Source: Eledone cirrhosa (taxonomy: Eukaryota). Taken from it: 64,000 nt of DNA. Where the stretch lies: contig OZ024743.1 in NCBI GenBank assembly GCA_964016885.1, positions 147,560,001 to 147,624,000 of the forward strand, read 5' to 3'. How positions within the stretch are numbered: the stretch's first letter is position 1; each line of letters opens with the position of its first letter. The notes under the pieces were generated by a model. It did not search any database. It worked only from the letters and a program-made list of their open reading frames with translations, and was not told the origin of the DNA. Below are positions 59,190 to 64,000 of this stretch, one piece after another. The position numbers and the translations under genes were made by a program.

Positions 59190-59616
59190 AACGACAACTC
59201 CAGAAAATGTAACTGTAGAATTAAATAAAACTGCCCTTTACAAAATAAATGCTTAGACAAAAACGTAATTTATAAATGCACAGTTAAAACTAGGGACAAA
59301 GTATTTAACTATATTGGCGCCACTTCTATAAAATTCAAAGAATGCTGGTATAACCATACGCACACATTTAATAGATCTGATAAAAAAATCATCCACTTCA
59401 CTTTCACAATTCATTTGGAACTTAAAAGACAACAATATAGACTATCTCGAAAGCACCTGCATACCGAAATATGGCATTCTCAAGATTCTGTAACTTGTGT
59501 ATCAAGGAAATTTTTTATATAATTAACTGTCAAAATTCTATTAATCTTAAAACAGAATTATTTTCTAGTTGCAGACATAGCAATAATTCCACTTTCAGAA
59601 GTATTTTTAATTTATG
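59190..59616 (+). pseudogene. Decayed PLE GIY-YIG domain (missed by the ORF track)
   Basis: KCNCRIK*NCPLQNKCLDKNVIYKCTVKT....NYIGATS..FKECWYNH...SLSQFIWNLK...CNLCIKEIFYI...INLKTELFSSCRH. Confidence 0.9.
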
Positions 59617-60756
59617 ATATTCATTACACTTGACTATATGTTATACACCTTCAAAATGATCCTATTTTCTTAAAAAATTAAAATTTTTTAAATGATCTTC
59701 CTTCTTAATATTTTTAATATTTCTACTATTTTTACCATTTGACATTAATTTTTTTAATTTTTTAATATATTTTTTTACTATTTTCACCTTTTGATATTAT
59801 TTTCTTAATGATACCCCTCTAAATATATTTTTTTAGATGTAGATTGATAATCTTTTATTGACATTCTGAAAGTTTATCCTCTTTACGATAGTTCTTCGAA
59901 ATGCACATTACTTTTGTCCTTTCAAACTTTCACACATCTTTCGACTAAAATAATATATAATTGGAATTAATCTCACACAAAATAATATATAAATTTCTAT
60001 ATATATTTTCTGAGTAAATCATTCATGAAATTTAACGGTTAACAAACAAGATTGGAGTTATCTTTCCCTTTTCAATCGTGCAAACAGAAACATTATATTA
60101 TAATATAATATGTATGATAAACTATATAACTTCGCTAAATTAACAATATTCTGAAAACATTCTCAATGTGGGAACAAAATATTTGAATCTACAAATTGTT
60201 CTCCTCTTACAACTTGAACTGCGTGTTTTTTTATGTAAAATGCAAAATCAACACCTTCGTAACTCATATTAGAAATGTAAACAACTAATAATTGTAAATT
60301 ATTTCTATTTCAATAATACTTATACATGCACAATTATTAATCTATATAGATATTTATATACTTACAACCTATTGTAATGTAATAAGATAAATTCTTCATA
60401 TAATCTAATTGATTATATATGCAATATTATAACTCATAATATAGCTAAATAAATTTAAATTCTGGAATCATATTCCACCATTCCCGCAAATTGTTAATTC
60501 CTTTTAACTTAACGTAAATACAAGCTCTTCTTTCATGTTTTCCTCTTCCTACTCAGAACATATATCCTATTTATTTAAATTCTGCATAGCGTCTAAAATA
60601 ACGTGTTTTAGCCCTATACCTCAACCTCATTTGCATACTCATCTTAATAATTTTAAATATCTGACTTTCCTTCTCTTTTCCTTCACTATAAAAGAAAACC
60701 TTGAACCGCTAAAGTATCTTTTCTTGGTTATGTTAACATTTATAAAACATACTTTG

Positions 60757-60819
60757 TATTTTATCTGATGAAAGCGTACCAAAGTTTTGGTACCCTTGAA
60801 ATATATATATAATAGAATA
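60757..60819 (+). ncRNA. Minimal hammerhead ribozyme
   Basis: UAUUUUAU-CUGAUGA-AAGCGUACCAAA(GU)UUUGGUACCCUU-GAAA-UAUAUAUA-UA-AUAGAAUA. Confidence 0.82.
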
Positions 60820-60970
60820 AATATGGTTTTATAAATATAGTTTCCATTTATTGAATATCATTGAATATTATACTCCAAAATCTGTCGAGTGCTCTGAATC
60901 AGTTCTAAACATTGATATTTGCTGAATAACCAACAAATTGAATATCCCTTTTGCTTTTATATATATATAA

Positions 60971-61084
60971 TGAATAGGTCCGAGCATTTTATAATAACCT
61001 GAAATTGAAACAATCACAGGTGATAATTATCACCTGTGATTGTTTCATATGTTTATTTATATGTTAATCAATTTCTAGTTGTTA
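60971..61084. mobile_element. Fold-back fragment of the 9.1-10.0 kb family
   Basis: Central palindrome GAAACAATCACAGGTGATAATTATCACCTGTGATTGTTTC; arms match ~9785-9860. Confidence 0.75.
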
Positions 61085-61128
61085 TATATATATATATACA
61101 TAACTCCCGCCGATATACATATATATAT

Positions 61129-61270
61129 AAATGAGATTCTACAGGACTAGAACTGTTTCATTCATGAGAAATCATCAGGAATCTCATCTATATTAAAACG
61201 TATATACACTGCTTTGTATTGAGTCCCTTACTTACTGTGGTTACTTCCCATTCAATGCGGAATAACTTAC
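61129..61270. mobile_element. Fold-back sister of the 35.5-kb element
   Basis: Inverted HHR arm joined at GAATCTCAT to the same terminal ...GGAATAACTTAC. Confidence 0.85.
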
Positions 61271-61619
61271 ATATATATATATACATACATATATATATAT
61301 ATATATATAAGGGATAACAAAATATCGTTATAGGTAATCCAGTTAGAGGTTGTGAATACATCGTATTATGGATAGTTTTAGTGTACGGCGTTGTTTGGCT
61401 CAACAAGAGTTTTACGTAGGTGGCGAGTTTATGATTTCACTTGTATTCCTATGTAAGTTTATGTTGGAGTAATAACATTGAAAAAGTGAAGAATAACATG
61501 GTCAACAGTACAAAAAAAGGGATTTATTTACAGTCTAACAATTGTTTCAGTAATTAAGTTGTCTAAACATTGCTGAACACTAGAAGCAGCGCCACTCAAT
61601 TTCAAATACGATGTTAGCT

Positions 61620-61671
61620 TAATCAGATCATCAGAGACAACTCATCAGAGTTGTCTCTGATGATCTGATTA
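61620..61671. repeat. 24-bp-arm perfect hairpin abutting (TA)n
   Basis: TAATCAGATCATCAGAGACAACTC-ATCA-GAGTTGTCTCTGATGATCTGATTA. Confidence 0.85.
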
Positions 61672-61721
61672 TATATATATATATAAGTACACACACACAC
61701 AGATATATATATATATTTATA

Positions 61722-61887
<166 letters not shown>

Positions 61888-61916
61888 TGCGTGTGTGTGT
61901 GTGTGTGTGTGTGTTA

Positions 61917-62954
61917 AATATAATCTGAGTTTTTCGAATAGTAATAATAACATTCGTTCGCAATTATGCAAACAAGCCTCAATTTTATAGCTATGTCAGT
62001 AGAATGAACTCTTCATTCGTGCTCTTGTGTTGGCATGCGAACAGAACTGCAAACACTAATGTTTCTGGGCATCTCCCTTCATCAGTACAGCTCACTGTTC
62101 ACCTGCCAAACTGTCAGAGCTAGTGAAAATATATGCTATTTTCAAAAATAAACAGTGACTGATTTGCCTGATTTTGCATATTAGTAAACTGGTTGATCAG
62201 TCAGATCTGCACATTAGCAGATCCACTGATCAGTCAGATTTGCTTATCAGTAGACTGGCTAGTTAGTTTCCTGTATACAAGCGATAAATGGCTGGCTTTG
62301 TCAAATTCAAATGAAAAAGAAAATGTCGATCTACATGGCTGAATACAATAAATGTAATCTGAGCTTTTCGAATATTAATAATAACATTCGATTCATTTGC
62401 AATAATGCAAACAAGCCTCAATTTTATAGCCATGTCAGTAGAATGAACACTTAATTCTCTTGCACTTGTGTTGGCATGCGAACAGAACTGTAAACACTAA
62501 TGTTTCTGGGCATCACCCTTCATCAGTACAGCTCACTGTTCACCTGCCAAACTGTCAGAGCTAGTGAAAATATATGCTATTTTCAAAAATACACAGTGAC
62601 TGATCGGCATAATTTGCACATTAACAGACTGGTTGATCAGTCAGATCTGCATATCAGCAGATCCACTGATCAGCCAGATTTGCATACCAATGTAAACTTG
62701 AGGCTTGTTTGCGTAATTGCAAACGCAAGAGAGTCGGACATGCTTTCCAGCTTAGTTACGTTCCTTTACGATCTGAGTTCAAATCCCGCCGAGATTAACT
62801 TAGCCTTTCATCCTTACGGGTTAGATAAAATAGAGTACCAGTAATGTACTAGGTAATTGCTGGCTTTGTGCCAAAAGTAGAAAGAATTATTAATATTCGA
62901 ACAACTCAGATTACTTTTATTGTATTCAGGCATGTACAGCGGAATTTTCTTTTA

Positions 62955-62955
<1 letters not shown>
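61917..62955 (-). mobile_element. Retrozyme-like element: ~441-bp tandem units each with a hammerhead (62044-62093, 62485-62534), plus an inverted arm interrupted by a SINE
   Basis: GAGCUGUA-CUGAUGA-AGGG.GAUGCCCA-GAAAC-AUUAGU-GUU-U.CAGUUC twice; internal ~33-bp sub-repeats; inverted arm at 62693-62727 and 62891-62955. Confidence 0.8.
62729..62890 (+). mobile_element. tRNA-derived SINE nested in the retrozyme-like element
   Basis: B-box, core and 3' end. Confidence 0.88.
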
Positions 62956-63004
<49 letters not shown>

Positions 63005-63040
63005 TATATAAGAAAATGTGGAGAAGGAGCACACGGGTTA

Positions 63041-63084
<44 letters not shown>

Positions 63085-64000
63085 ATAGGGAGAAAAAGAC
63101 GAATAATAGGAAGAAAAAAAGTTTTTTTTCCCTTTTTATCTTTTTTTTTTCTAGGTTAGAAAATGTTTAAAACAAAATATTTTACTTTGTGTGAAGTGTT
63201 AAGGAATTAGTTAATTAATTTATTAATTAACAATGGCATTTATTTATTTATTTATATATTTAATAATTGTCTATTACCGGTTTCAGCATTTTATACATTA
63301 TCAATAGGGGGAATTTGTGTTGGTGTAAAATGTTGGTGATGTTGAATATGCTAAGGAAATGGTGAAGAAAGAATAATGTTATTTTCAAACAAGGTTTTTT
63401 TCTCCCTATTTTCATATATATATATAAGGATTAATATTTTGAAGTAATATATATATATATATATATATAGTAAGTACATGGTCGGAAGTACATATATAAT
63501 ATATATATACATATATATATATACATATATATATATATTTTTTTTTATATATTTATATATATATGTATATATATGTATATATATATATATATGTACTTCC
63601 GACCACCCCACCACTAATAATACTAAAAATCCCCTCACCCACCTTCTTCCTCACCACACACACACACACTCATACCCAAACACGCACACACACACCATTA
63701 CTATACACTCACTCATACTGTCCCCAGCACCATCTCTCTCTCTCTCGCACTAACAACACCCCGCACTACCAACACCCACCCACACACATCCCACTAACAC
63801 CTCCCCTAATATACACACAAATCCCCCATTCTCCGCCACCCTCTCCCTCAACCTTTCACACATGCCCATCCCCCTTGTCCACCGCACCTCCGCACGCACA
63901 TACACACATTCCACACCACATACAGATCATCTCTAGCACTCGTCCGTCTGTCTTCCTCCCTACCACTGCCTGCTTGTCACCTTCCTACTGCTATCTCCTT

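Larger units (their letters stand above)
59072..60960 (+). mobile_element. Older 5'-truncated relative of the main PLE with a short inverted 5' piece
   Basis: GIY-YIG remnant, long AT-rich UTR, HHR and a pLTR-like end. 59105-59187 is an inverted copy of 59325-59410. Confidence 0.85.

Noticed and set aside
61620-61671. CTGATGA-containing hairpin as a hammerhead
   Set aside because: No properly placed GAAA/stem III/UH; kept only as a hairpin.
62155-62690. ~33-bp repeats superficially CRISPR-like
   Set aside because: Contiguous degenerate tandem units without unique spacers; eukaryotic context and no cas genes.

Overview
AT-rich, microsatellite-dense eukaryotic non-coding DNA with no recognisable host gene; almost all ORF-track entries are translations of (TA)n/(CA)n/(GA)n. 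The repeat content suggests an invertebrate, possibly an octopus-type mollusc (inference only). The main element is a young Penelope-like retroelement (PLE; RT + GIY-YIG, Hydra-clade-like) at ~50.5-58.3 kb. It is arranged as a ~7.9-kb head-to-head inverted pair with a pseudo-LTR and three minimal hammerhead ribozymes (HHRs). Also present are two more decayed PLEs, two RTE-type LINE fragments, about 12 copies of a tRNA-derived SINE and a ~605-bp non-coding repeat family. The most notable pattern is a set of sequence-unrelated small elements in (TA)n tracts that share one architecture: a short inverted arm plus a longer arm, with both 3' ends pointing outward into (TA)n. Most carry hammerhead motifs, one family has a CAGAAGA variant core, and one carries a complete tRNA-like cloverleaf instead. 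All alignments and folds were done by eye, so boundaries are approximate.
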